From: Bacillus subtilis subsp. subtilis str. 168
Lineage (GTDB): Bacteria > Bacillota > Bacilli > Bacillales > Bacillaceae
Length of the DNA: 64,000 nt
Assembly (NCBI RefSeq): GCF_000009045.1
Contig: NC_000964.3
Location: 1,364,001 to 1,428,000, forward strand
Direction: 5' to 3'
Shown here: piece by piece, positions 28,643 to 37,771 of the stretch
How positions within the stretch are numbered: position 1 is the stretch's first letter
Layout: each line of letters starts with the position of its first letter
Position numbers and translations under genes: made by a program
The notes under the pieces: generated by a model
Told to the model about the DNA's origin: nothing
The model's input: the letters and a program-made list of their open reading frames with translations, nothing else
The model's database searches: none

Positions 28643-30007
28643 ATGAAGCTGAAGACCAAGATTCATCTATACACTTCGATATCACTGTTGATTTTATTAA
28701 TTTTGGTTCATACCGCAGTATATCTCATTTTTTCGTCTGCGCTGACATCAAAGGATGCGGCCCGGCTTGCTGATGAGACGGATAACATTGCCGAAGCGCT
28801 GCGTGCCGCTGAAACAGAAGGAGTGGCTTTGCAGGATATGCTGCAGGCCTATCTTCCGGCAAATGGCATGGTGCGTGTAGTGAATGGTGATCAAAAAGCC
28901 GTTATGACGATCACAAAAGAAAAAGCCTATAAAGATTTTCCTCTCTCTTTTCATAGCGGCGAAACGGCAGATGTGAGGAAACCTGACGGCAAGCTGTTTG
29001 CCGAGGCTGCTGTTCCGGTGATTTGGACCGATGGACAAGTCGTGTCTCTTCAGCTGGTTGAAAGACTGGAGAACACAGAAGAGAGTCTGTTTCTGCTGAA
29101 AATCATCTTAATCGCTGCAAGTGCTGCTGTCTGCATTGCTTCTTTTTTTGCAGGCAGCTTGCTAGCCCGCCGAATCATCAATCCGATCAGACGATTAATG
29201 ATCACAATGAAAGACATACAGCGAGACAAAGAATTTAAAACGATTTCTTTAGAAGGACAGTCCAACGATGAATTGTATCAAATGGGGCTGACATTTAATG
29301 AAATGGCAATGATGCTGAAGGAGCACTATGATAAACAGCAGCAATTTGTTCAAGATGCTTCACACGAATTGAAAACCCCGCTCACTATTATAGAAAGCTA
29401 CAGCAGCCTGATGAAGCGGTGGGGTGCAAAAAAGCCGGAGGTGCTTGAGGAGTCGATAGAAGCCATTCACTCAGAAGCGGTGCATATGAAAAAACTGACC
29501 AATCAGCTTTTGGCGCTGGCCAAAAGCCATCAAGGACTCGAGGTTGATCTGAAAACAATCGATCTGATTAAAGCGGCGCGCGCGGTTATGCAAACGCTCC
29601 AGTCCGTTTATCAGCGTGACATATTGCTTGAAACAGATAAAGAGAGCCTGCTTGTAAAGGCAGATGAAGAACGCATCAAGCAGCTGTTGACCATTTTGCT
29701 TGATAATGCAATAAAGTATAGTGAAAAGCCTATTGAGATGTCAGCCGGAACGAGGAATGGACGGCCATTTCTATCAGTGAGGGATGAAGGCATCGGAATA
29801 CCTGAGGAGCATATCCCGCATTTGTTCGAACGGTTCTACCGGGCAGATGAGGCACGAAACAGAAAAACAGGCGGAACAGGTTTAGGCCTTTCCATTGCCA
29901 AGCAAATCGCTGATGAGCATGGCATTGAGCTGTCTGTCAAAAGCAAGCCGGGACAAGGAACAGCTGTCACCATGCAATTCAGCGAACAGAATGGGGGAGG
30001 CCGATGA
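28643..30007 (+). CDS. ykoH: Membrane sensor histidine kinase (2 TM, HAMP, HisKA, HATPase)
   Basis: H-box ASHELKTPL, N-box LLDNAIKY, DEGIGI and GGTGLGL. Confidence 0.95.
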   Translation: MKLKTKIHLYTSISLLILLILVHTAVYLIFSSALTSKDAARLADETDNIAEALRAAETEGVALQDMLQAYLPANGMVRVVNGDQKAVMTITKEKAYKDFPLSFHSGETADVRKPDGKLFAEAAVPVIWTDGQVVSLQLVERLENTEESLFLLKIILIAASAAVCIASFFAGSLLARRIINPIRRLMITMKDIQRDKEFKTISLEGQSNDELYQMGLTFNEMAMMLKEHYDKQQQFVQDASHELKTPLTIIESYSSLMKRWGAKKPEVLEESIEAIHSEAVHMKKLTNQLLALAKSHQGLEVDLKTIDLIKAARAVMQTLQSVYQRDILLETDKESLLVKADEERIKQLLTILLDNAIKYSEKPIEMSAGTRNGRPFLSVRDEGIGIPEEHIPHLFERFYRADEARNRKTGGTGLGLSIAKQIADEHGIELSVKSKPGQGTAVTMQFSEQNGGGR

Positions 30008-30684
30008 CTAAAACAATAAAAACAGTATCTTTTGCTGCAGCAGCCATTTTAGTTGTCATCATCTGTACGTTTCTCATCATTCGGCAAACCCATGAGAACG
30101 TATTGTCAAAGGAGACTGTCGTAAAAAAAGTCGAAGCCTCTTATGAAGGCAAGGTCACGAAAGCAACACAATCAAAGGATAAAAAAACATATGATATAAC
30201 CCTTGAAAATCCAAAGGGAACTTACTTTGTAAAAGCAGACGCAATATCGGCTGACATTCTTTCAATGAATAGAGTAAAAGCAGTGAATCCATCTGCCATG
30301 ACAGAAAAAGAAGCCGAGCATCTCGCGCTTGAGCGGGTGCCGGGAACGGTCAAAAAACAAACACGGCAAAGTCAAGTTGCCACTTATACCATACAAAAAG
30401 AAGACGGGAAAACATACGAAGTGAAGGTAGACATGCAGGCAAAAACAGTCTTGTCTGCCGATCAAATCAGCAGCAAAGATCAACAAAAAACGCCGATTAC
30501 GAAAAAAGAAGCCAAAACAATTGCAGAGCGAAAAACGGGCGGAACAGCGGATGACGCAGATCTCGAAGAAAGTGAGGGCACTCTCATCTTTGAAGTAGAC
30601 GTTGATCTTCCTGATAATAAGGAAGCGACAGTGAAAATCAATGCCTACACAGGAAAGGTAGCTAACATTGTGTATGAAGACTGA
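30004..30684 (+). CDS. ykoI: Membrane-anchored protein with PepSY repeats
   Basis: N-terminal TM segment; repeated helix plus YEV/FEV..(I/V)NA..G PepSY-type units; 4-nt overlap with ykoH. Confidence 0.85.
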   Translation: MTKTIKTVSFAAAAILVVIICTFLIIRQTHENVLSKETVVKKVEASYEGKVTKATQSKDKKTYDITLENPKGTYFVKADAISADILSMNRVKAVNPSAMTEKEAEHLALERVPGTVKKQTRQSQVATYTIQKEDGKTYEVKVDMQAKTVLSADQISSKDQQKTPITKKEAKTIAERKTGGTADDADLEESEGTLIFEVDVDLPDNKEATVKINAYTGKVANIVYED

Positions 30685-30775
30685 CGGTTTCTCATCAAAT
30701 TCTCATCTTGCTCTCGTTTTCCTTTCATGTTGAGTATGTAAACTGTACTCATACAAAACAAAGGAGGGCTCACAA

Positions 30776-31288
30776 ATGCTCAAGAAAAAATGGATGGTCG
30801 GTCTTTTAGCAGGGTGCCTAGCGGCCGGAGGATTCAGCTACAACGCGTTTGCCACAGAAAACAATGAAAACAGACAGGCTTCTTCTAAGACGGATGCACT
30901 CACTGAACAAGAAGCAGAAGCAATTGCTAAAACAGTTGTTGACGGCACAGTAGAAGACATTGACAGAGACCTTTACAACGGCAAAGAAGTCTATGAAGTG
31001 GAGATTGAAAAAGAAGGTGAAGACTACGACGTTTATGTAGATATTCATACAAAACAAGCGCTTAATGACCCGTTAAAGGAGAAAGCAGAACAAGTCGCCA
31101 TAACCAAAGAAGAAGCTGAAGAAATTGCTTTAAAGCAAACAGGTGGAACCGTAACAGAAAGTAAGCTTGACGAAGATGACGGTGCTTACATCTATGAAAT
31201 GGAAATCCAAACGAAGCAAGGAACTGAGACAGAATTTGAAATTTCCGCAAAAGATGGACGCATTATCAAACAGGAGATAGATGACTAA
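30776..31288 (+). CDS. ykoJ: Secreted acidic protein with two PepSY domains
   Basis: Signal peptide ending AFA; two LT.(Q/E)EAE.IA.K..GG.V....YE(V/M)EI repeats. Confidence 0.87.
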   Translation: MLKKKWMVGLLAGCLAAGGFSYNAFATENNENRQASSKTDALTEQEAEAIAKTVVDGTVEDIDRDLYNGKEVYEVEIEKEGEDYDVYVDIHTKQALNDPLKEKAEQVAITKEEAEEIALKQTGGTVTESKLDEDDGAYIYEMEIQTKQGTETEFEISAKDGRIIKQEIDD

Positions 31289-31290
31289 TC

Positions 31291-31317
31291 AAAACCCCCG
31301 CTGCAGCGGGGGTTTTT
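31291..31317 (+). terminator. Terminator of ykoGHIJ
   Basis: aaaacccccgc-tgca-gcgggggtttt. Confidence 0.9.
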
Positions 31318-31370
31318 CATGATAAGAAACCTTCTTTTGGACAATCTAAGTAGAAAAGGAGGCGAAACGC

Positions 31371-31508
31371 ATGGAAAAGAAAGAGGAGCAATACATCAAT
31401 CAGGCTGAATATGTCCCTCATCCGACGAAGGAAGGAGAGTATGCCTTATTTCTTCATGAAACGTATCATTTGCTTTCTGAAGATGACGAGACACAAACAA
31501 CAGAATAA
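31371..31508 (+). CDS. ykzD: Small acidic protein (45 aa)
   Basis: RBS aaaggagg; translates MEKKEEQYINQAEYVPHPTKEGEYALFLHETYHLLSEDDETQTTE*. Followed by its own hairpin aagggc-ttag-gccctt. Confidence 0.75.
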   Translation: MEKKEEQYINQAEYVPHPTKEGEYALFLHETYHLLSEDDETQTTE

Positions 31509-31569
31509 GGGCTTAGGCCCTTGTTTTGTTCCGTAATTGTGATGTAAGCGCATTTATTACTTTTTTGAG

Positions 31570-31598
31570 TTGACATAGCTTGTTTTTTTCTGTAATCT
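31570..31598 (+). promoter_or_regulatory. Sigma-A promoter of the mgtE leader
   Basis: TTGACA-N17-TAATCT. Confidence 0.65.
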
Positions 31599-31621
31599 CA
31601 GTGTGTCAATTCAATTAGGAA

Positions 31622-31833
31622 CTTCGTTAGGTGAGGCTCCTGTATGGAGATACGCTGCTGCCCAAAAATGTCCAAAGACGCCAATGGGTCAACAGAAATC
31701 ATCGACATAAGGTGATTTTTAATGCAGCTGGATGCTTGTCCTATGCCATACAGTGCTAAAGCTCTACGATTGAAGGCGCCCGCACGCTTTTTTTGCCGTG
31801 CTTCTTTCACCTTCAATCCCGAAGGCTTTTTTT
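31622..31833 (+). ncRNA. M-box (ykoK) Mg2+ riboswitch with terminator
   Basis: Aptamer 31622-31775: CUUCGUUAGGUGAGGCUCCUGUAUGGAGAUACGCUGCUGCCCAAAAAUGUCC...GUGCUAAAGCUCUACGAUUGAAG. Terminator ccttc-aatccc-gaagg plus T7 at 31810-33. Confidence 0.97.
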
Positions 31834-31872
31834 ATGCCTTTAAAACGAAACCAATCAAAGGAGGTGCGGAGT

Positions 31873-31995
31873 ATGGATTCTCCCCATTCGAGTCAATCTG
31901 AAGAAGTACCCATATACTATGACAGCAAGACAATTGATTACACGATGAGGAGACGAACTGCCGCACCTTCTGGCGAGGCCGGCACGTCTCCGTAG
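31873..31995 (+). CDS. Candidate 40-aa leader/small protein between the M-box and mgtE
   Basis: SD AAAGGAGGTG 31857-66, ATG 31873, TAG 31993-95 abutting the mgtE RBS. Confidence 0.5.
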   Translation: MDSPHSSQSEEVPIYYDSKTIDYTMRRRTAAPSGEAGTSP

Positions 31996-32012
31996 AGGAG
32001 GTACGAGTCCCG

Positions 32013-33368
32013 ATGGTTCAAAACATGACCTATGACGAACTCATTTTACGCATCATTATTTTACTGCGAGACGGGAAAATCAGGGATTTTAGAAGTGTTA
32101 TTGATGAGCTTCAGCCCTATGACATGGCATTTATTTTTAAAGAAATGCCGGAAAAACATCGCGCCCGCTATTTATCTTATTTAACTGTAGACGATATCAC
32201 TGATATGATCGGGGAGCTGGAACGCGAATTTCAGCTTGTCGTCTTAAATAAAGTCGGAAAAACAAAAGCAACACTGGCGATGAACAAAATGGACAACGAT
32301 GACCTCGCTCAATTGCTTGAAGAAATGGACGAAGAACTGAAGGAACAGCTTTTATCCAGCATGGAAGCGTCAGAATCAAAAGCTGTACAGCTCTTGATGA
32401 ATTACCCGGCTGATTCAGCGGGACGCATGATGACAAACCGGTATGTGTGGATCCCTCAGCATTACACGGTAAAAGACGCGGTCGTCAAACTGAAAAGCTT
32501 CGCTGAAATAGCTGAATCGATCAACTACTTATATGTTATTAATGAAAGCAAACAGCTGGTTGGGGTTCTTTCCTACCGCGATTTGATTCTGGGTGAACCT
32601 GAAGAAAAGGTGCAGGATTTAATGTTTACCCGCGTCATATCAGCAGATGCTCTTCAGGACCAGGAAGAAGTTGCCCGCCTGATAGAACGTTACGATTTTT
32701 TGGCAATACCGGTTGTAGAAGAAAACAACGTGCTTGTCGGCATTGTGACGGTTGATGATATTATCGACGTTGTTATTCGGGAAGCTGATGAGGATTACGA
32801 AAAATTTGCCGCTTCCGGTAAAGACATCACCTTTGACACAAAAGCTTACGTGGCGGCATACCGGCGTCTGCCATGGCTGATTTTACTCTTATTTATCGGA
32901 CTGATTTCAGGAAGCATTATCAGCTATTTTGAAGACGCGCTGAAGCAGGTTGTCGCGCTTGCGTTTTTCATGCCGATGGTGTCAGGGATGACAGGAAATA
33001 CGGGAACACAATCTCTTGCGGTTGTCATCAGAGGTTTGTCTAAAGAAGAAATGAACAAAAAAACGATTGTGCGCCTGATCTTCCGGGAGTTCAGAACAAG
33101 CATTTTTATCGGAGCGGTTTGTTCTGTGCTGATTGCGATTGTTTCTATCATATGGCAGGGGAATGCGCTTTTGGGATTTGTTGTCGCCTCTTCACTGTTC
33201 TTAACCTTAATCATCGGCACGATGTCAGGAACGATTATCCCTATTATTTTGCACAAACTGAAAGTAGACCCGGCGATTGCTTCTGGACCGCTGATTACAA
33301 CGTTAAACGATATTTTATCTTTATTAATCTACTTTGGCATTGCCACTGCATTCATTCACTCATTATAA
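32013..33368 (+). CDS. mgtE: Magnesium transporter MgtE
   Basis: N-domain, tandem CBS domains (SAGRMM..., GIVTVDD) and TM motifs GNTGTQS and DPAIASGPLITTLND. Confidence 0.98.
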   Translation: MVQNMTYDELILRIIILLRDGKIRDFRSVIDELQPYDMAFIFKEMPEKHRARYLSYLTVDDITDMIGELEREFQLVVLNKVGKTKATLAMNKMDNDDLAQLLEEMDEELKEQLLSSMEASESKAVQLLMNYPADSAGRMMTNRYVWIPQHYTVKDAVVKLKSFAEIAESINYLYVINESKQLVGVLSYRDLILGEPEEKVQDLMFTRVISADALQDQEEVARLIERYDFLAIPVVEENNVLVGIVTVDDIIDVVIREADEDYEKFAASGKDITFDTKAYVAAYRRLPWLILLLFIGLISGSIISYFEDALKQVVALAFFMPMVSGMTGNTGTQSLAVVIRGLSKEEMNKKTIVRLIFREFRTSIFIGAVCSVLIAIVSIIWQGNALLGFVVASSLFLTLIIGTMSGTIIPIILHKLKVDPAIASGPLITTLNDILSLLIYFGIATAFIHSL

Positions 33369-33373
33369 ACGTA

Positions 33374-33405
33374 AAAAGTCCGTCTCAACTGCGAGCCGGA
33401 CTTTT
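33374..33405. terminator. Bidirectional terminator between mgtE and tnrA
   Basis: aaaagtccg...cggactttt. Confidence 0.75.
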
Positions 33406-33410
33406 ATTAT

Positions 33411-33743
33411 TTAACGGTTTTTGTACCGAAAGTGAGCATTAAGCTGCCCCTCCAGCATTTTTTTCCGCACTTGCGGATCGTTTTTTAACATCTGTTCTTT
33501 TTTGCGCATATCCTTTAAAATCTCTGCCGTCTGTACGCCGTCTTCACGCTTATTGGCGATATCCATCAGCCGCTCCACATCGGCAAAGGAGTATTTTCTT
33601 GTCCCCCTTGAAGAACGCTGCGGGTAAATGAGCTTTCGTTCCTCATAATACCTGATCTGTCTTACGGACAATCCTGTCAATTCACTCACAATTCCGATTG
33701 AAATCACTTTTTTGTCTTTATAAGAATGATCTTCTGTGGTCAT
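33411..33743 (-). CDS. tnrA: Global nitrogen regulator (MerR-like DNA-binding domain)
   Basis: [21 protein letters not shown] and C-terminal [14 protein letters not shown] (GS-interaction tail). Confidence 0.98.
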   Translation of the reverse strand: MTTEDHSYKDKKVISIGIVSELTGLSVRQIRYYEERKLIYPQRSSRGTRKYSFADVERLMDIANKREDGVQTAEILKDMRKKEQMLKNDPQVRKKMLEGQLNAHFRYKNR

Positions 33744-33807
33744 TTTTCCACCCCTGGATGTCTTTTGATAATAGTATATAAAAAACAAAGAGAAAAAACC
33801 TGACGCT

Positions 33808-33867
33808 TGTCATATTTTCTAACATCAAATAGAAGATTTTTGAAAAAATACGGAAGAAAAATTAACA
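33808..33867. promoter_or_regulatory. TnrA/GlnR boxes between divergent tnrA and ykzB
   Basis: Perfect TGTCA-N7-TAACA (33808-24) and degenerate CGGAA-N7-TAACA (33851-67). Confidence 0.85.
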
Positions 33868-33937
33868 AGAATAATGCGTAACACCCAAGCGCGTTTTATC
33901 CTTTATGTAACGAATCAAACGAGGAGGAAGGATAATC

Positions 33938-34093
33938 ATGGAGGAAGAAAAAGCAGTCTCACTGGCAAAAGAAATTATAGAGTTGGATATCAAGCGTGAT
34001 GAAATGCTGGAGACGTTTATGCAGCTTGCCGGAGAACAGGCTTTTCAATTATTAAGATCGGTTCAAAACGGACAATACCGAAAATCTTCGTAA
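33938..34093 (+). CDS. ykzB: Small protein (51 aa)
   Basis: RBS gaggagg; translates MEEEKAVSLAKEIIELDIKRDEMLETFMQLAGEQAFQLLRSVQNGQYRKSS*. Confidence 0.75.
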   Translation: MEEEKAVSLAKEIIELDIKRDEMLETFMQLAGEQAFQLLRSVQNGQYRKSS

Positions 34094-34180
34094 ACATAAA
34101 TTCTTTACATTAGATTCATACCACGTTCATTTAAAAAGAGTATCTTTTGTATAGGATACCTCAAAATGAAGGAGGACGCT

Positions 34181-34363
34181 ATGAGTAATTTATTGAAATC
34201 CGCTTTAGAAAAAGAACGACGCCATTATTCTGAAAAACTCTATCAGATAGGGGTTTATAATAAAGAGGTCATGAACAAAATGACGATTTCTGAGCTTCGG
34301 AAAGAATACGCTTATTTCTTTCGAAGCATTACAAATCATAAAAATTATCCTTATACAAGATAA
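34181..34363 (+). CDS. ykoL: Small basic protein (60 aa)
   Basis: RBS aaggagg precedes ATG 34181. A terminator stem atccttataca/tgtataaggat (34347-74) overlaps its 3' end. Confidence 0.8.
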   Translation: MSNLLKSALEKERRHYSEKLYQIGVYNKEVMNKMTISELRKEYAYFFRSITNHKNYPYTR

Positions 34364-34495
34364 TGTATAAGGATTTTTTTGCTTTTAGAAGGAATTTCTC
34401 GAATTATAGCGAATACGTATAGTAAGGGACTGAACTCTTATTATATGTAAGGGTTTTCATTATTTTTTTATAAAAATCCTATATACGAGGTAGAT

Positions 34496-34960
34496 ATGAT
34501 GAGATTATCGTTTAACGAAGAAGAAGTTGAGCGTGCGATGAATTTGTACAGAGTTTTTGCAAGGGCTTTCAAAAGTGTGTCCGAACATAGTATCCGTGAT
34601 AGCAAAGAGCACGGTTTTAATCCCACTGAATTTGCTGTACTGGAACTCCTGTACACAAGAGGCCCGCAAAAATTACAGCAAATTGGGTCGAGACTTCTGC
34701 TTGTAAGCGGAAACGTCACATATGTTATTGACAAACTAGAAAGAAACGGGTTTTTAGTAAGGGAGCAGGACCCGAAAGATAAACGCTCTGTTTACGCACA
34801 TTTAACTGACAAGGGAAATGAGTATTTGGATAAAATTTATCCGATTCATGCACTGCGTATTGCGAGAGCGTTTTCAGGTCTTTCGCCTGATGAACAGGAC
34901 CAGCTGATCGTCCTGCTCAAGAAAGCAGGCATACACAGCCAGCATTTGCTGTTTCGTTAA
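34496..34960 (+). CDS. ykoM: MarR-family transcriptional regulator
   Basis: FNPTEFAVLELL, SGNVTYVIDKLERNGFL and DPKDKRSVYAHLT. Confidence 0.92.
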   Translation: MMRLSFNEEEVERAMNLYRVFARAFKSVSEHSIRDSKEHGFNPTEFAVLELLYTRGPQKLQQIGSRLLLVSGNVTYVIDKLERNGFLVREQDPKDKRSVYAHLTDKGNEYLDKIYPIHALRIARAFSGLSPDEQDQLIVLLKKAGIHSQHLLFR

Positions 34961-34974
34961 CTATTCTACACTCT

Positions 34975-36096
34975 CTATTTCAGGAGAGTGTTTTTTTGTT
35001 TCCATATGATTCTTTTTAAAACATCTTTAATCTTCCTATCAGACATTTCGCCAAGGTATCCATTGACGTGTTTTTTATACTCCTTCATCTGTTCGTTCGA
35101 TTGAAAAAATGCCGCGATATACTCTTCTGCTTTCTGCATGTCCCAGTTTCTCATATCTGTGACGAGTTTCCTTTCATGTAGAAGGTTTAAATTCATTTCC
35201 TCCTGTCCCGGCAGTGCATGATAAATAAATACCGGAAGCCGTTTCTGTAAGCATTCACTGATGGTCACGCCTCCGGGTTTAGTCATGATGCCTGTCGCCT
35301 GTTCGTACAAACGGTTCATCTCTGCTTTGCTGTGAAGGTAAGGAATCGCCTCAATCAAGGGGTGGTGTAAACTTTTGACATAGGAGTAGAGCTTTTCGTT
35401 TCTGCCGCATAATATTTTGTATAAGATCTTTCCGCCTGGCGACAGTTCCTGCACCCATTTTAAAATCCCACCGACCCCCATACTGCCCCCTGTGATGATG
35501 ATGGTATATGGCGGGTGGTGCTGCAAGGTATCTGCTGATTCCATTTCAAAATTTTGGTGAACTGGAATGCCGGTCAAGTATATGTTGTTCTGATCGATAC
35601 CCTCTGATATTAGCTGCTTCTTTACTTCCGTGCTCGGAACAAAATGGTAATCAATGTTCTTCCGTCCCCATAATTGATTCACGAAAAAATCAGTGTATAC
35701 ATTCACAACCGTCAGATTCGGATATTCAGGCTTTAGTCGGTTCAGCAGATAAGAAGGCAGCGCATGTGTGCAGAAGGCGATATCAGGCTGTTTTTCTTGG
35801 AGGATGTGCCTCATTTGCTGTGTGAACAGCCATTCGTACATGAAATAGCGTTTGTCATGCTGAAATTCTCCGCAGGCGAGGAGCCTGTAAATGCCGCTGT
35901 ACGTTTTCGGGAAATATTGAATCCATTTTAAATAAGCCACGGAGGACAATTTTTCTAACCGCCTATACGAATGTGAAAAGATATCAATCTTTTCAGCTGC
36001 CAGCCCTTGAGACTCTAATTCAGCCTGCAATGCATCAGCCACATGATGATGGCCGGTGGAAATGCTTAAAAAAGGAAAAATGAGAATGTTTTTCAT
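34975..36096 (-). CDS. ykoN: UgtP/MGDG-synthase-like glycosyltransferase (GT28)
   Basis: GHHHVADAL, TDF, TGIPV, GGSMG, KPGGVTISE and PGQEEMN parallel the UgtP motifs. RBS ggagg precedes ATG 36096. Confidence 0.88.
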   Translation of the reverse strand: MKNILIFPFLSISTGHHHVADALQAELESQGLAAEKIDIFSHSYRRLEKLSSVAYLKWIQYFPKTYSGIYRLLACGEFQHDKRYFMYEWLFTQQMRHILQEKQPDIAFCTHALPSYLLNRLKPEYPNLTVVNVYTDFFVNQLWGRKNIDYHFVPSTEVKKQLISEGIDQNNIYLTGIPVHQNFEMESADTLQHHPPYTIIITGGSMGVGGILKWVQELSPGGKILYKILCGRNEKLYSYVKSLHHPLIEAIPYLHSKAEMNRLYEQATGIMTKPGGVTISECLQKRLPVFIYHALPGQEEMNLNLLHERKLVTDMRNWDMQKAEEYIAAFFQSNEQMKEYKKHVNGYLGEMSDRKIKDVLKRIIWKQKNTLLK

Positions 36097-36187
36097 GACA
36101 GTCCTCCTAAAAAAATATGGCAACTATATTTTGAGGAGAACGTTCACAAAATATAAGGGTGTTTTTGATCATAAGGAAGGTGAAAAG

Positions 36188-36739
36188 ATGAAAACTTGTT
36201 TCCTTTCCATATGGAGAGTGGTTGATCCGATTTATTTCTTTTTTTCAAGGCTAAGCTTGATTGACAACGATCAAAAAAGCGTTTTTCGAGTCAGGCTGAC
36301 GAAGTACAAAGGACATCATGTCGTGCTTAGCGACGGAACGCATATAAGAAAAAATGATGTGCTCGTTAAAATCCACCTGCATAACATAAAGCTGATCAGG
36401 GAGCTGCAAAGCATTGAGAGCGCAGTCAGAAAGGGAATCATTATTTATCAGAAAGTATATCAATCGATGCCGCTTCTTCTTGACTATATCAACAATCATA
36501 AAAAAAGCGAGAAAATCAAAGGAATCATTGGGATTACAATGCTTGACAAAGGTGTGGAAAGGCTCGGCTTTGATGTGATCACCCCGGTGAACCCTTTTTA
36601 CAGATGCTTTAAAAAAGTGTCTCATGTGCCGATTTTATATTTGACTTCAAAGCCTGTGAGCTTGCGGCATTTACCGAATTCATCCTATTTGTTTATCTCA
36701 AAAGAAAAGCTGCAGAAAACCTATCAAAAAAAAGACTGA
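36188..36739 (+). CDS. ykoP: Uncharacterised YkoP-type protein
   Basis: RBS aaggaaggtg precedes ATG 36188; divergent from ykoN; VKIHLHN motif. Confidence 0.8.
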   Translation: MKTCFLSIWRVVDPIYFFFSRLSLIDNDQKSVFRVRLTKYKGHHVVLSDGTHIRKNDVLVKIHLHNIKLIRELQSIESAVRKGIIIYQKVYQSMPLLLDYINNHKKSEKIKGIIGITMLDKGVERLGFDVITPVNPFYRCFKKVSHVPILYLTSKPVSLRHLPNSSYLFISKEKLQKTYQKKD

Positions 36740-36766
36740 TGCCTCGGTCAGCACAGTCTTTTTTGA

Positions 36767-37579
36767 TTAAATCTGATGAAATGTCACTTCAGGGCGGCTT
36801 CCGACACGGATATTTACGCCGGTTTGTCCCAAGCCCTCGCTGATATAAAATGGTTTATCGTGATGATAATGAAGGCCTTTAATCATGTTCATTCGCACGA
36901 GCTTTCCCATTTTCACCAAATGATACGGTTTTGGCCAGTGAATTTGCCCGCCGTGAAAATGCCCTGACAGCAGGTAATCATAATGAACATCTTTCATATC
37001 CAGAATAATATTTGGGTCATGTGTTAAGACAAGATGATAGCCATTTTCCAGACTTTGATAAGAGCCGGTGATATTACTCCGATTCGTACTGTAATCATCA
37101 ATGCCGATAATATTGACTGGTCCTGCAGCCGTCTCGATTCGAACATGTTCATTTTGCAGCGTGATACAGCCGTTTTCCTCTAAAACTCGCTTCAATCTCT
37201 GAAAGTCCTCTTCTTTCAATACATAATCGTGGTTACCGAACACCGCGTACATTCCATATGCAGGCTTTAGCTTTTGCAAGGCGTTCAAGTAACCTGCCAG
37301 TTTCGGAATATTACGTTTCCGATCAAGAAAATCCCCGGTAAGAGCAATGATGTCCACAGGCTGATCTTTTGTTAAATGATACAGCTCCTCAGGTGAGACT
37401 GAAATGTTTTCCAAGTGAAGATCAGATAAATGAAGGATATTTAATTTTTTTCTGGCTGGAAGGCCGTCTTTTTGGTCGATTGAAATGGTGTTGACTTTCA
37501 CATCTTTTGTATTGCGGTTCGCTTTATATAGAAATGGCACAAATACGAGTATGGCCAATGAAAGTAAGATTGTAAACAA
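36767..37579 (-). CDS. ykoQ: Membrane-anchored calcineurin-like metallophosphoesterase
   Basis: SDLH, GDFLD, GNHD, LTHDP and GHFHGGQ motifs; N-terminal TM segment. Confidence 0.92.
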   Translation of the reverse strand: MFTILLSLAILVFVPFLYKANRNTKDVKVNTISIDQKDGLPARKKLNILHLSDLHLENISVSPEELYHLTKDQPVDIIALTGDFLDRKRNIPKLAGYLNALQKLKPAYGMYAVFGNHDYVLKEEDFQRLKRVLEENGCITLQNEHVRIETAAGPVNIIGIDDYSTNRSNITGSYQSLENGYHLVLTHDPNIILDMKDVHYDYLLSGHFHGGQIHWPKPYHLVKMGKLVRMNMIKGLHYHHDKPFYISEGLGQTGVNIRVGSRPEVTFHQI

Positions 37580-37771
37580 AATATATCCCCTCCCTTCTAT
37601 CAGTATAGTAAGTGATCAAGCCCTATGGATAGCGGGAATTAATGGGTAGAGACAGGTTGAAAAACGGATTGTCATATGATGAATGATTTGGAAGGGAAAA
37701 GGGATAATAAATTTTGACACATGAGGCAGAACATGCCGACGGAGTCAGAATAACAAATGGATGTGTAAGCA

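Noticed and set aside
34347-34486. Apparent long-range inverted repeat (gtataaggattttt versus aaaaatcctatatac)
   Set aside because: The first arm is already paired in the ykoL terminator. The second lies ~100 nt downstream, too far to act as an antiterminator, and the match is AT-rich.
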